A stretch of 64,000 nt of DNA from an uncultured cyanobacterium (GTDB lineage: Bacteria; Cyanobacteriota; Cyanobacteriia; Cyanobacteriales; CAWCAG01): assembly GCA_963803805.1 (NCBI GenBank), contig CAWDOD010000007.1, positions 17,040 through 81,039 on the forward strand, given 5' to 3'. Below the pieces are notes generated by a model. The model made no database searches. It was not told where the DNA came from and saw only the letters and a program-made list of their open reading frames with translations. Positions 10,815-21,793 of the stretch are shown one piece after another. The first letter of the stretch is position 1; every line of letters begins with the position of its first letter. The translations under genes were made by a program, and so were the position numbers.

Positions 10815-12404
10815 ATGAAAGACTTATTTGCCCGTGAAGCGATCGCTCAAATCCCTAAAATTCTTACCTTAATGGATTGCAACTGCCACAGCCCTACCTA
10901 TGGTTGCTTTGATTGCAATTTTTGGCAATATAAAATTATTGATTTTCCTAGTGGGATGTCTCAGGAGTTTGTTTGTGCCCCTCGCTTTAGCTTACCAAAC
11001 TCATGTAGAAAATAATCCTTTTTTCCAAGAAAAGGCCATTCCAATCTGGGTAGAAGCAGGTATTCTTTACGCTGCTAAAAGCAGCCACGCCGATGGTTCT
11101 TGTGATGACTATTTTCCTTTTGAAAGGGCTGGCGGGGCGGCAGCTTTTTCTTTGTTAGCTTGCCTAGAAAGCTATCAATTATTAGGATTAAAAAATGAGC
11201 AAGCTTTACAGTTTTTTGAACTTCGGGCTGATTGGTTAGCCCATCATCATGAAAGTGGTAGATTAACTAATCACCAAGCTTTAATTGTTTTATGTTTAGA
11301 GTTGCTTTCTCCTGTTTTAAATACTACTAAATGGGATCGGGCAAAGTAGAGCGTTTAGAGAAGGTTTTATCTTGGCAAAATCCTGAAGGTTGGTTCCAAG
11401 AATATGAAGGTTGTGATCCTGGCTATCATACTTTAACTATTTCTTGTTTAGCCAGAATTCACCAGCTACGCCCCGATCCTCGCTTGAAAGAAGCTTTAGT
11501 TAAAGCAGTTGATTTAGCGGCTCAATTTATCCATCCTGATGGTTCCTATGGAGGAGAATATACTAGTCGTAACACCTATAATTTCTTCCCCCATGGTTTT
11601 GAATTGGTGGGTAAATGGTATCGGTCAGCTTTAACTATTAATGATCAGTTTTTACAAGGTTTAGCTCAGGGTTTAGCTCCTTGTTATGCAGATGATCATA
11701 TTATTGGTCATCATACTTGGAATTATCTCTTAGCTTGGCAAGACTTTGTTTCTGAACGCCCAGCAATTAAACCAAGAAGTGAAGGGAGAATTTGGTATCC
11801 TAATGCCAAAATTTTAATCGATTGCCGTCGGGGTACAGAACTTTATTTAGCCTTGAATAAAGGAGGAGTATTTAAGTTTTTTCGTAATGGTAAATTAGTT
11901 ACTTCAGATACTCAATTTTCTCTCTTAGTTAATCAAGGTAGTAAGTTGAAAAATGCTGTTGCTCATTTGGTAGGCTCCTATGACATAAAAATTGAACCTG
12001 ATGATATTTCTATTCAAGGAGATTTAGGTTGGGCAAAACAAAAGCAAATGACTCCCCTTAATTTAATGATTTTGCGGGTAGTGATGTTAACCGTTGGGCG
12101 TTTCTTTCCTAATTTAATTCGTAAACTTTTACAAAAAGTGCTGATTACCGGTAAAAAAAGCGCTCCTTACCATTTTTCTCGGAAATTACGCTGGCAAGAT
12201 AGTTATTGGCAGGTTATAGATGAACTTAGTGGAGAATCTTGGGATGATTTAGAAAGTGTAGCCATTGGTGGTGATCAAACTTCTATTTATGTGGTTATGA
12301 GTCGTACTTATCAACAAGGACAACTTCAACCTTGGCAAGATTTTACCAAGGAAGTGAAACAACTTTCTGTTGGACAAAAGTTAAAAGTTGAGCGCAATAT
12401 TTGA
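10815..12404 (+). pseudogene. Single gene read across three overlapping ORFs (frame 0, then 1, then 0), with two compensating frameshifts. N-terminal Cys-rich motif (CNCHSPTYGCFDC) followed by alpha/alpha-toroid-like repeats (DGSCDDYFPF, QNPEGWF, DGSYGGEY); function unknown
   Basis: ORFs 10815..11015, 10900..11349 and 11331..12404 are contiguous in sense. Frame 0 is closed by TAA at 11328-30 just before the third ORF. The first shift lies in the CCCC run near 10978. The second lies in tgggatcggg near 11335. Confidence 0.5.
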
Positions 12405-12429
12405 TCAGGTAATAGGTAATAGGTAATGG

Positions 12430-13407
12430 GTGATTATGAATAAGAAGAGATTTATTTCTATAGTTGTTAGCGTGGCTATTTTGTGTATTATTTACTCAAA
12501 AATAGACTTGCCTCGCCTAATTGAAGTTTTCCAAAACTGTGACCCGGTTTGGATGGTTATTAGTTTAGGAATGGTTATTCCTTTAACCTTATTTACCTCT
12601 TGGCGTTTGCAACAATTAATGCCTGCGGGAAAAGGATTAGGGTTTCTAGAAGCTAATCGCTTAATTTTGGCAGCTAGTGTCCTTAACATGGTGCTTCCTT
12701 CTAAAATGGGAGATATTGCTAAAGCTTATTTTATGAAAGATAGAGGTCACTTAGAGGGAAGTTTAGCTTTATCTTTGGTAATTTTTGAGAAAGCTTGTGA
12801 TATGCTTTCTCTGTTATTGTGGTGTGTATTTGGTTTACTATTTTATGCGAACAAAGATACTTTATTTTGGTTAATGACTTGTGGGGTTGCTTTTGGTTTA
12901 GTTCTAGGAGTTATGCTCCTATCTTCTCAGAAATTTGCTCAATTATTCTTTATTTTAGCAATTAAGATAGCTCCCAAAAAAATCAAGCCCAAGCTAGAAA
13001 AAATGCAAGCATCATGGGTAGAAATGCACGACTATTTCTGGCGCGACAAAGTTCAACTAACTAAAATAACTGTTACTTCTATTTTTATTTGGTTCCTGCA
13101 TCTGTTGCAGATTTATTTCTTTACCTTAGCAATTCGCGCTGAGGTTCCTTTTCTTGTTAATCTCGCCCTCTCCCCTCTCTCAATTCTAGCCGGATTATTA
13201 CCCTTAACTTTCGCTGGTGTCGGAACCCGTGATGCGGCGATTATTTTATTTTATCAACCCTATATGAGCGAAGCAAAAGGTGCTGCATTAGGCTTACTTT
13301 GCACTTCTCGCTACTTCTTACCTGCAATCGGCGGTTTACCTTTCTTAGGACAGTTTTTAGCTACGGTGAAAAAGGTGAAAAAAGAGGAAGTGATAAGTAA
13401 TGGCTAA
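12430..13407 (+). CDS. Flippase-like / lysylphosphatidylglycerol-synthase TM-domain family (UPF0104) integral membrane protein
   Basis: 325 aa with about 8 hydrophobic helices. The motif PSKMGDIAKAYF is typical of the family. It lies immediately downstream of the disrupted gene. Confidence 0.55.
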   Translation: MIMNKKRFISIVVSVAILCIIYSKIDLPRLIEVFQNCDPVWMVISLGMVIPLTLFTSWRLQQLMPAGKGLGFLEANRLILAASVLNMVLPSKMGDIAKAYFMKDRGHLEGSLALSLVIFEKACDMLSLLLWCVFGLLFYANKDTLFWLMTCGVAFGLVLGVMLLSSQKFAQLFFILAIKIAPKKIKPKLEKMQASWVEMHDYFWRDKVQLTKITVTSIFIWFLHLLQIYFFTLAIRAEVPFLVNLALSPLSILAGLLPLTFAGVGTRDAAIILFYQPYMSEAKGAALGLLCTSRYFLPAIGGLPFLGQFLATVKKVKKEEVISNG

Positions 13408-13524
13408 TTGCTGGTTGCTATTTGCTAGTCGCTAAAATCTTAGACTATAAGAGGAAGTTCAAGACTTTGTAAAACTTCATTAACGAAGCTAGCAGTCAAC
13501 AAATCTAAGCAATGGCATAAACCC

Positions 13525-15420
13525 TTAATTTTCTGGGGTATAGGTAGTAGCTAGAGAGCCATCAGGTTTGTAGACTTCTACGCGAGTTTTAGATTCCTCG
13601 CTAATAGTTTCTAAAGCCTGTCCGAGGGTGAAGACATGATTACGCAAGTTAACTTCTGCTTGATAATCTTCTTTTGACTGAATCTTTTCGTTGTTTTGAT
13701 TAATCTTGCTTAAGTAAGCAGGGGTAAGGCGCACCTTAACGACATTCTTATTAAGAGTATAAAAACAAACTCTGGGGTTCCCGGCACAGGTTTTTTCTAA
13801 ATCTCCCCGCGCTTGTTCTACCCTCATCGCTGTAAGGAGTTGCTTTTCTGCATCCTCTAAAGATTTACTATAACTCTTAATTAAAGGTTGAGCTTGATAG
13901 TAGTAAAATGTGTCTTCAGGGACTTGCTTGACATAATTTAAAGCACTACGCCAGTTATAGGATGCCCTTGACCATTGGTCAATATTTTCTGCACTTTTAG
14001 CTAATTCAGCAAGACGCATTCCCTGTTTATAAGCATTAGCAGCAACTTGCTCTTTCATTTTATAATCCCTAGCTTGGGCTAATCTTGGTAAGAAGGCTCT
14101 AAGCTTTTCTTGGGCTGGTTCATAGGATGTTGTATGCTTGGGGATTTCTTTAAGCTTATTAACTGCTGTTTGCCAGGTGGCTTGGGCAAGCTGCCAATTT
14201 TCCAATGATTGAGAAATACCGTGACGGGCTTCGGCCGTTCTACCTGCTTCTTCTGCTACTCTAAGATCAACTTTAGCTTTTTTCTCTTCGCTTAAGCGCT
14301 GGTTAATGGTTTGTAGGTTGGTTTCATAAAGAGGGATTTTGCTTTGGGCTAACTCGTAAAAAGCACTTTGGGGAGGAATTTGTTTTAAAGAGGCGATCGC
14401 TTCTTCCCATAGTCGTTGGGCTTCTTGCCACTGAGCTTCTTGTAAAGGAGTATTTTGACTTTGGTAGGCTGCTTTAGCTGCGATTTGCAAAGCGTTTACC
14501 ACCTCTTCTAAGCCTACTGAAACTTCTTGGTAAGCTTGAAGATAATTTTGAGCTTCACCTCGATATTTAGACCAAAAAGGGATGGATTGGAGTAATTCAA
14601 TGGCCTTATCTAACTGTTGTTGGGCTTCAAGAATTGCTTTTCCTGATGGGGGTGCTTGTAAGGTGTTAGCAGACTCGTTGGCTAATTCTTGTGCTGCCCC
14701 GATTTCTGGGCATTCTCCTAGTACACAAGGGCGAGTGAGAACATAGACACTGGCGAAGAATACCGTTAAGCTAATACCTGCTCCAGTTAAGATAAGCGGT
14801 AGCCAAGATTTTGATTTGCCTTCAATTTCTTCCTCTTCTTCCTCTTCGACTTCCTCCTGTTCAGGTAAGTCTGCAAAGACATTAAAGTTTTCTTCTGGCT
14901 TTTCTCCTACCAAAAGAGATAAAGATTCCTGGGTTGCTTGGGTTTCTTCTTCTTGAGGTTGAGGGGAAATACCTTCAACCCCATCTTCCGGGAAAGCTTC
15001 TTCTACATCTTCATCCGTTGAGGCGATCGCTTCAAATTCAGATAAATCTTCTGGATAGTCTTGCTCTTGCTCTCCCATAAATTCCTGTGAGGGAATTTCT
15101 TCTGTAGCAGATGTAGCAGTTTCTAGCTCGAAAATGTGAAAAGCATAGGGCTGTTTTTGTCCTAGCACCCTCATATAGATAAGTACTCGACTACTACCTA
15201 AACAGTTCTGTTCTCGGACAGTTTGTTCTAAAACACTAAAAGTACGCTTTTGATAGGGCATCACTGATTCGGGATGCTCTACCAAAACAATTAAAGTTCC
15301 ATCCTTAAGCAGACAGCGTACCTGGAGAGGGGCAAGCTGTAAGGGTTCTGAATGTAGACGCTTCTGTAATAGAGCTTCTAAATCTTCTAATTTAATTGGC
15401 TTGAGCGCTGTTTCTACCAT
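13525..15420 (-). CDS. Hypothetical membrane-anchored protein: N-terminal globular domain, poly-acidic linker (EEEVEEEEEEEIE), one TM helix, then a helical domain with four W-x2-A-x2-W ... IP ... Y ... AQ repeats
   Basis: 631-aa ORF. The repeat units are visible in the translation (EAQWQEAQRLWEEAIASLKQIP, ENWQLAQATWQTAVNKLKEIP, DQWSRASYNWRSALNYVKQVP). Confidence 0.6.
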   Translation of the reverse strand: MVETALKPIKLEDLEALLQKRLHSEPLQLAPLQVRCLLKDGTLIVLVEHPESVMPYQKRTFSVLEQTVREQNCLGSSRVLIYMRVLGQKQPYAFHIFELETATSATEEIPSQEFMGEQEQDYPEDLSEFEAIASTDEDVEEAFPEDGVEGISPQPQEEETQATQESLSLLVGEKPEENFNVFADLPEQEEVEEEEEEEIEGKSKSWLPLILTGAGISLTVFFASVYVLTRPCVLGECPEIGAAQELANESANTLQAPPSGKAILEAQQQLDKAIELLQSIPFWSKYRGEAQNYLQAYQEVSVGLEEVVNALQIAAKAAYQSQNTPLQEAQWQEAQRLWEEAIASLKQIPPQSAFYELAQSKIPLYETNLQTINQRLSEEKKAKVDLRVAEEAGRTAEARHGISQSLENWQLAQATWQTAVNKLKEIPKHTTSYEPAQEKLRAFLPRLAQARDYKMKEQVAANAYKQGMRLAELAKSAENIDQWSRASYNWRSALNYVKQVPEDTFYYYQAQPLIKSYSKSLEDAEKQLLTAMRVEQARGDLEKTCAGNPRVCFYTLNKNVVKVRLTPAYLSKINQNNEKIQSKEDYQAEVNLRNHVFTLGQALETISEESKTRVEVYKPDGSLATTYTPEN

Positions 15421-16019
15421 AACAACAGCAAGTATAAAGTGTATAGAGTTAGTATATTGATCCTTGTTTAGGAAGTATAGTTGTTAATTGGGCTTTGCGA
15501 ACAGGTCATTAGGATGAAGTTTGCTTAACTTGCTTAGAAAAACCAGGAAATTGTCAATTTAAAGCCAGAAATCAATTTTTCCGAGTATAATTTATTTGTT
15601 TGCTCTGTGTATCTCTACTTTAAACCTTACGAGTTGAAACTAAAAAAGCTAATATATTCAGGGGAATATCCGGGATTTCTTGGGGTGCGTTGATAAATTA
15701 ATTGACAATATTCGTAACTTAATTGAGGCAATGAACCTAAAAACCAGGTTAAAAAACCGTGATTGCTTAATCTTACTACCCCAAAAAGTACTTTTGTTAT
15801 AAGCCTCAGCCATAAGTTGCGTGGCAATATGTTGCAGCTTAAGAACCTTTTTACTTCAATCACTGAAAGCCTTGTATAGCAAGCATTTTCACTATCTCCG
15901 ATCAGGTTTAATGTATTACACCCAATCTTTTATCCTTTAACCTTTCCCAAAATTAAACCATAACCGTTTAAACGGATTTGATACAGATTCCTTGTTTGTA
16001 AGCGAAAGAGAACCTTGAA

Positions 16020-18743
16020 GTGCTGATATCTCAAAAAAAGCTGCAAAAATTACCACCCTTACCTCTGCGAGTTTTACTGGTATTACCTTTTTTAGTTCAA
16101 ATTTGTGCCATTGTTGGTTTGACAGGATGGCTTTCTTTTCGCAATGGACAAAATGCGGTTAGTGATCTGGCAACGGAACTGCAAAAAGAAGTTCAATCTC
16201 AAGTAGAACATTATCTTGATGATTACTTAGCCCTACCTATACAAATTAATCACATTAATTTAGAAGCAGCTAAATTAGACTTGCTTAACTTAGAAGACTT
16301 TTCCCGTACCGGGCAGTACTTTTGGCAGCAAATGCAGGTGTTTGATGTCGGCTACATTAGTTATGCCACCCTGAAAGGAGAGTTTATTGGTATTGAACGG
16401 TTAGATAATGGGGAAGTTTTGATTAATGAAGTACCTTTATCTACCCAGGGGAAACTCTACGCTTACAAAACAGATGCAGAAGGGAATCGTACTCAACAAG
16501 TTAAAGTTACAACTGGTTATGATCCTCGCCTTGAAGCTTGGTATGCCGATGCTGTAGAAGCAGGCAAGCCTGTTTGGAGTGAGATTTATCAGTGGGAATA
16601 TAAACCGGAGGTTTTATCTATTTCTTCTAGCTATCCTGTTTATGATGAGAGGCAAAATCTTCAAGGAGTTATTGGCGTTGATTTAATTCTTTCTCAGATC
16701 AATGATTTTCTCAGTAATCTAGAGTTAGATCGTTCCGGGCAGACCTTTATTTTAGAACGCAATGGTTTATTGGTAGCTAGTTCAGCTACCGAAAAGTCTT
16801 TTGATTTGGTGGATGGTAAAGTAACCAGAAAGAAGGCTATTGATAGTCAAGATCTTATTGTTAATTCTACTGTTCAATATTTACAAAAACATTTTGGTCA
16901 ATTAGCCGCCATTAAAAAGCCAGCCAACTTAGTATTGTATGTTGATGAGCAACAACAATTTCTGCAAGTTCTTCCTTATCAAGATTCCTTTGGTTTAGAT
17001 TGGTTGGTGATTACAGTAATACCTGAATCAGATTTTGCAGATCAGGTGAATACTAATACCCGTACCACCATTTTGCTCTGTTTAGGAGCTTTAATTGTCG
17101 CTATTGTGATCAGCATTTTAACCTCTCGCTTGATCAGTAAACCGATCCGACAATTGAGCGGTGCTAGCAAAGCTATAGCTAATGGTAAATTGGATCAAAA
17201 AGTTGAGGTGGGTAGAGTTGATGAATTAGGTGTTTTAGCCGGTTCATTTAATAAAATGGCCCAGCAACTACACGATTCTTTCGCTGATTTAGCCAAAAAT
17301 AATGAAGATTTAGAAAAAAAGGTACAGTTAAGAACTACAGCATTAGAAAAATCTGAAGCTCTACAAAAACAATTAAACCAACAACTAGAAAAAAGAGTCC
17401 AGCAACGCACCTCAGAACTGGAAAAAGCCAAAAAGAGAATGCAATTTATGGCTTTGCATGATCCTTTAACTAATTTACCTAACCGGACTCTATTTTTAGA
17501 AAAGCTAGCAGATTGTATTTATAGCCAAAAAGAGTCAAATTATTTATTCGCTGTACTATTTTTAGACTGCGATCGCTTCAAAGTTATTAACGACTCTCTA
17601 GGACATTCAGCAGGGGATCAGTTATTAATTATCCTCACAAGTCGTTTAATTTCTTGTTTGCGCCCTGGAGATATTATCGCTCGTTTAGGGGGAGATGAGT
17701 TTGCTATCCTCTTAAATAAATTAGAAGGTATTGAAGAAGCGATCGCCGTTGCCCAAGCAATTCAAGAAACCACCAACCAACCTTGTCAACTTAACCACTA
17801 CCAGGTATTTATGAACTTCAGCATCGGTATTTGTCCTGGTTGGGAATATGAACAACCAGAACATTTATTGAGGGATGCTGATACAGCTATGTATGCTGCC
17901 AAAGCTTCTGGTAAAGGTGCTTTTAAGGTATTTGACAATGAGATGCACGCTAAGGCAGTAGATTTATTAAACTTAGAAACTGACTTACGGCAGGCGATAG
18001 AAAGGGAAGAGTTTTTAGTTTACTATCAACCAATTATTTGTCTTGACACAGGTAAGATACAAGCTTTTGAAGCCCTAGTACGCTGGCAGCATCCCCAACG
18101 GGGTTTCGTTTCTCCAGAACAGTTTATTCCCCTAGCAGAAGAAACTGGTTTGATTATTCCTTTAGGTATGTTGGTATTGAGGGAAGCCTGTCAGCAACTC
18201 CGGCAATGGCAAAAACTATTTTCACAAGAACACCCCCTTACCATGAGTGTAAATCTTTCGGTTAAACAGTTTTCTCAACCAGATTTATTAGGACAAATTG
18301 ATCAAGTCCTTAAAGAAACTGATTTAGATAGTCGTAGTTTGAAGCTAGAAATTACCGAAAGCGCGATTATGGGCAACCCAGAAGATGCCCTGGCTATCCT
18401 TAATCAAATTAAAGAACGTCAAATCCAGTTAAGTATTGATGATTTTGGTACAGGTTATTCTTCTTTTAGTTACTTACACCGCCTACCTTTCGACACCTTA
18501 AAAATTGATCGTTCTTTTGTCAGCCAACTAGATGAAGTGAAAAAACATCGAGAAATTGTTGAGGCAATTGCAACTTTAGCCCAAAAGTTAAAAATGCAAG
18601 TCATTGCTGAAGGAATAGAAACAGAACAACAATTAGCACATTTAAGAAGTTTAGGTTGCGATTTTGGTCAAGGTTGGTTTTTTTCTAAGCCTTTATCCCA
18701 AGAATCGGCTGAGAAGATGTTGTTGAATTCTCCTAAGTGGTAA
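16020..18743 (+). CDS. Membrane sensor diguanylate cyclase/phosphodiesterase: periplasmic Cache-like domain, HAMP, coiled coil, GGDEF, EAL
   Basis: 907 aa. Two TM segments flank a roughly 300-aa extracytoplasmic domain. RLGGDEFAIL (GGDEF) and EALVRW (EAL) motifs are present. Confidence 0.85.
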   Translation: MLISQKKLQKLPPLPLRVLLVLPFLVQICAIVGLTGWLSFRNGQNAVSDLATELQKEVQSQVEHYLDDYLALPIQINHINLEAAKLDLLNLEDFSRTGQYFWQQMQVFDVGYISYATLKGEFIGIERLDNGEVLINEVPLSTQGKLYAYKTDAEGNRTQQVKVTTGYDPRLEAWYADAVEAGKPVWSEIYQWEYKPEVLSISSSYPVYDERQNLQGVIGVDLILSQINDFLSNLELDRSGQTFILERNGLLVASSATEKSFDLVDGKVTRKKAIDSQDLIVNSTVQYLQKHFGQLAAIKKPANLVLYVDEQQQFLQVLPYQDSFGLDWLVITVIPESDFADQVNTNTRTTILLCLGALIVAIVISILTSRLISKPIRQLSGASKAIANGKLDQKVEVGRVDELGVLAGSFNKMAQQLHDSFADLAKNNEDLEKKVQLRTTALEKSEALQKQLNQQLEKRVQQRTSELEKAKKRMQFMALHDPLTNLPNRTLFLEKLADCIYSQKESNYLFAVLFLDCDRFKVINDSLGHSAGDQLLIILTSRLISCLRPGDIIARLGGDEFAILLNKLEGIEEAIAVAQAIQETTNQPCQLNHYQVFMNFSIGICPGWEYEQPEHLLRDADTAMYAAKASGKGAFKVFDNEMHAKAVDLLNLETDLRQAIEREEFLVYYQPIICLDTGKIQAFEALVRWQHPQRGFVSPEQFIPLAEETGLIIPLGMLVLREACQQLRQWQKLFSQEHPLTMSVNLSVKQFSQPDLLGQIDQVLKETDLDSRSLKLEITESAIMGNPEDALAILNQIKERQIQLSIDDFGTGYSSFSYLHRLPFDTLKIDRSFVSQLDEVKKHREIVEAIATLAQKLKMQVIAEGIETEQQLAHLRSLGCDFGQGWFFSKPLSQESAEKMLLNSPKW

Positions 18744-18765
18744 TGTGTATTAAATATTTCAAATA

Positions 18766-18822
18766 GCAACTAGCTTATCGCTTTTAGATAAGTCTTTTCT
18801 TGGTTCTCTCTTAGAAGATGTT
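18766..18822. repeat. Copy A of the ~50-nt dispersed hairpin-containing repeat
   Basis: Matches 27752..27812. Sits in the 5' region of the next + strand gene. Confidence 0.6.
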
Positions 18823-18862
18823 AGTCTAAATGCCAGTACGGTAAGCTAGGAGAAATTTAGCA

Positions 18863-19402
18863 TTGAGAACTAATATTCATATGTTCAAGCAACTTTTAAC
18901 TGGCACTGTAACTTTTACTCTTTTGATTACAGTTGGTATACCCAGTTTGGCCCAAAGTCCCGAAATTGTTGCCCAGAGTCAACTTAAGCAAGTATCTAAA
19001 GGAGAAGTTAGTCCTCAAGAAGTGCAGCAGTTTTCTAGCGCTATTGTTAAATTGCAACTAATTCAAAGACAATATAGAGGTGCAATAATTGGCGTTATTG
19101 AACAAGAAGGTTTTAGCCCAGAACGCTTTGTCGCAATTATACGCTCTGAACAAGAACAAAAACCTCTTAATCCGGAATTAACCAACGAAGAAAGACAAAA
19201 TTTGTCTGAAGCTATAACCCAAATTCAGGAAATACAGCAAAAGACTCAATTGTTGGAAGTACAAGTAGTTCAAGAAGAGGGTTTAGGTGTGGAACGCTTT
19301 GAAGAACTTATAGAAGCAGTTGAAGAAAGTTCTGAATTGCAAAGTCAAGTCAGACAAGAAGTTAAGAGGATTATCGAAAGTTTATCTGCGCCAACAGAAT
19401 AG
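18863..19402 (+). CDS. Secreted hypothetical protein with DUF4168-like helical repeats
   Basis: Signal-peptide-like N-terminus (LLITVGIPSLAQS). Repeated xxERF / E-rich helices. Confidence 0.5.
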   Translation: MRTNIHMFKQLLTGTVTFTLLITVGIPSLAQSPEIVAQSQLKQVSKGEVSPQEVQQFSSAIVKLQLIQRQYRGAIIGVIEQEGFSPERFVAIIRSEQEQKPLNPELTNEERQNLSEAITQIQEIQQKTQLLEVQVVQEEGLGVERFEELIEAVEESSELQSQVRQEVKRIIESLSAPTE

Positions 19403-19479
19403 CATCTTTTATATTTTGAGATCCTGCCTTAGTTTCAAGATATAACTAAGGTAGGATTACTTATTGCTGATTATTTGAA

Positions 19480-21516
19480 ATGTCCAATCGTCTTGCCCAA
19501 ACCGACAGCCTCTACCTACAAAAACACGCTGATAATCCTATTGATTGGTGGCCTTGGTGTGATGAGGCTTTAGAAACTGCTCAACAAGAGAATCGCCCGA
19601 TCTTCCTTTCTGTAGGTTATTCTAGCTGTCATTGGTGTACTGTTATGGAAGGAGAGGCCTTTTCAGATGCTGCGATCGCCGCTTATATGAATGCTAATTT
19701 TTTACCGATTAAAGTAGATCGTGAAGAAAGGCCGGACTTAGATAGTATTTATATGCAAGCGTTGCAAATGATGACAAGTCAGGGGGGTTGGCCTCTGAAT
19801 ATTTTTCTAACTCCTGATGAACGCATCCCTTTTTATGGCGGCACTTATTTCCCCGTAGAACCCCGTTATGGTCGTCCGGGCTTTTTGGAGGTATTACGCT
19901 CTATACGACGCTTTTATGACGTAGAGAAGGAAAAGCTGGCGGGGTTTAAGCAAGAAATCATGAAGGGGTTGCAGCAAGGAACTGTTATTGTTCCTAATCC
20001 CCCCGGTTCCTTAACCAAAGAACTATTGCAACAGGGTATTGAAAATAATACTCGCGTCATTAGTGGCCCTAATTATGCCCCTAATTTCCCCATGATGCCC
20101 TACACTCAACTGGCTTTGCAAGGAGGTTGGTTAACTTCTCAAGGAGAAGCCGTTACCCCGGCAGCTTTGAAAAGAGGTAGTGATTTGGCCAAGGGAGGGA
20201 TTTATGACCATGTGGGAGGAGGTTTTCATCGCTATACCGTAGATGCAACCTGGACAGTACCTCACTTTGAAAAGATGCTCTATGATAATGGACAGATTGT
20301 GGAATTTCTGGCTAATCTTTGGAGTGGGGGAGTACAAGAACCTGCTTTTAAAAGAGCGATTACCGGAACGGTGCAATGGCTGAAGCGGGAAATGACTGCC
20401 CCGGAAGGCTACTTTTATGCAGCCCAGGATGCTGATAATTTTGTAACCCCAGAAGAAGTGGAACCGGAGGAGGGGGCTTTTTATGTTTGGAGTCACGAAG
20501 AGTTACAGCAATTGCTAACCCCAGAGGAGCTTGCAGCCTTAGAAGCAAGATTTACGATTTCTGCCCCAGGTAACTTTGAAGGTAAAAATGTTTTGCAGCG
20601 TCGGGATGTAGCTGAATTTCCTGAAGAGGTAGAAGAGATTCTCACTAAGTTGTTTGCTGTACGATATGGTAAGAAGTTTGCATCAGAGGAAACTTTCACC
20701 CCGGCGAGGAATAATCAAGAAGCGAAAAGTAACAATTGGGCTGGTAGAATTCCTCCTGTCACTGATACGAAGATGATTGTAGCTTGGAATAGTTTAATGA
20801 TTTCTGGTTTGGCAAGAGCTTATGGTGTTTTTGGTGAACAGGAATATTTAGATTTAGCAGTTAGGGCAACTAACTTTATTCTGGAAAATCAGTGGCTGAG
20901 GGAACGCTTTCATCGTCTTAATTATGAAGGGAAAGTTGCGGTTTTGGCACAATCAGAAGATTATGCTTTGTTTATTAAAGCTTTGTTAGATTTGCAAGCA
21001 GTCTCTCCCCAGAATACAACTTGGTTAGACAAAGCGGTAGAAATACAAGAAGAATTTGATCACCTGCTTTGGTGTTTGGAAATGGGGGGATACTTCAATA
21101 CTGCACCGGATGGCAGCAAAGACTTACTGATCAAAGAACGTAGTTATTTAGATAACGCCACCCCCGCAGCTAATGGAGTTGCGATCGCTAATTTGATGCG
21201 TTTAGCTTTGTTAAAGGAAGATAAAGATTATCAAGATAGGGCAGAACAAGCTTTACAAGCATTTGCTAGTGTAATGAGTAAATCACCCACTGCTTGCCCC
21301 AGTTTATTTTCCGCTTTAGATTGGTTTTTTCATGGTGCTTTGATTCAAGCCAAAGCAGAACAACTTCAAACCTTTATTCCCCAGTACTTACCAACTTGTG
21401 CTTATCAAGTGGATGCTAATTTACCAGAAGAGATTTTTGGTTTAGTTTGTCGAGATTTTGTTTGCCTCAAGCCAGCAAAAAGTTGGCAGGAATTGAAGAA
21501 GCAAATTATTAATTAA
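19480..21516 (+). CDS. Thioredoxin-domain protein (DUF255 / YyaL-like) fused to an N-acylglucosamine-2-epimerase-like alpha/alpha-toroid
   Basis: 678 aa. The N-terminus WWPWCDEA ... GYSSCHWCTVME is the DUF255 signature. Confidence 0.8.
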   Translation: MSNRLAQTDSLYLQKHADNPIDWWPWCDEALETAQQENRPIFLSVGYSSCHWCTVMEGEAFSDAAIAAYMNANFLPIKVDREERPDLDSIYMQALQMMTSQGGWPLNIFLTPDERIPFYGGTYFPVEPRYGRPGFLEVLRSIRRFYDVEKEKLAGFKQEIMKGLQQGTVIVPNPPGSLTKELLQQGIENNTRVISGPNYAPNFPMMPYTQLALQGGWLTSQGEAVTPAALKRGSDLAKGGIYDHVGGGFHRYTVDATWTVPHFEKMLYDNGQIVEFLANLWSGGVQEPAFKRAITGTVQWLKREMTAPEGYFYAAQDADNFVTPEEVEPEEGAFYVWSHEELQQLLTPEELAALEARFTISAPGNFEGKNVLQRRDVAEFPEEVEEILTKLFAVRYGKKFASEETFTPARNNQEAKSNNWAGRIPPVTDTKMIVAWNSLMISGLARAYGVFGEQEYLDLAVRATNFILENQWLRERFHRLNYEGKVAVLAQSEDYALFIKALLDLQAVSPQNTTWLDKAVEIQEEFDHLLWCLEMGGYFNTAPDGSKDLLIKERSYLDNATPAANGVAIANLMRLALLKEDKDYQDRAEQALQAFASVMSKSPTACPSLFSALDWFFHGALIQAKAEQLQTFIPQYLPTCAYQVDANLPEEIFGLVCRDFVCLKPAKSWQELKKQIIN

Positions 21517-21793
21517 GCACCCATTAAACTTGTATATAAAAACATCGAAATATCATTTCCTAAAAGCAACTACTAAGTAAATAATCTTTCTCTTTCCTGA
21601 CAAATTAAATGCCAGCACTATTTAGCATTTTCTTAGTGCATATATTCTTTTGAAATCGAAAAATACTTAAACAAAAATACTAATACTTTCTATTTATATA
21701 TCTAAGCTTTAATACTGGACTTTACACAGATTTCGTGTATTTTTTGATATATTAAGTTAACCTCTAGTAAGTTTCCCTTACCAGAAAATACTA

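Noticed and set aside
15627-15863. 78-aa ORF in the divergent intergenic region 15421..16019
   Set aside because: No supporting features. The region is more likely a promoter/UTR for the flanking divergent genes.
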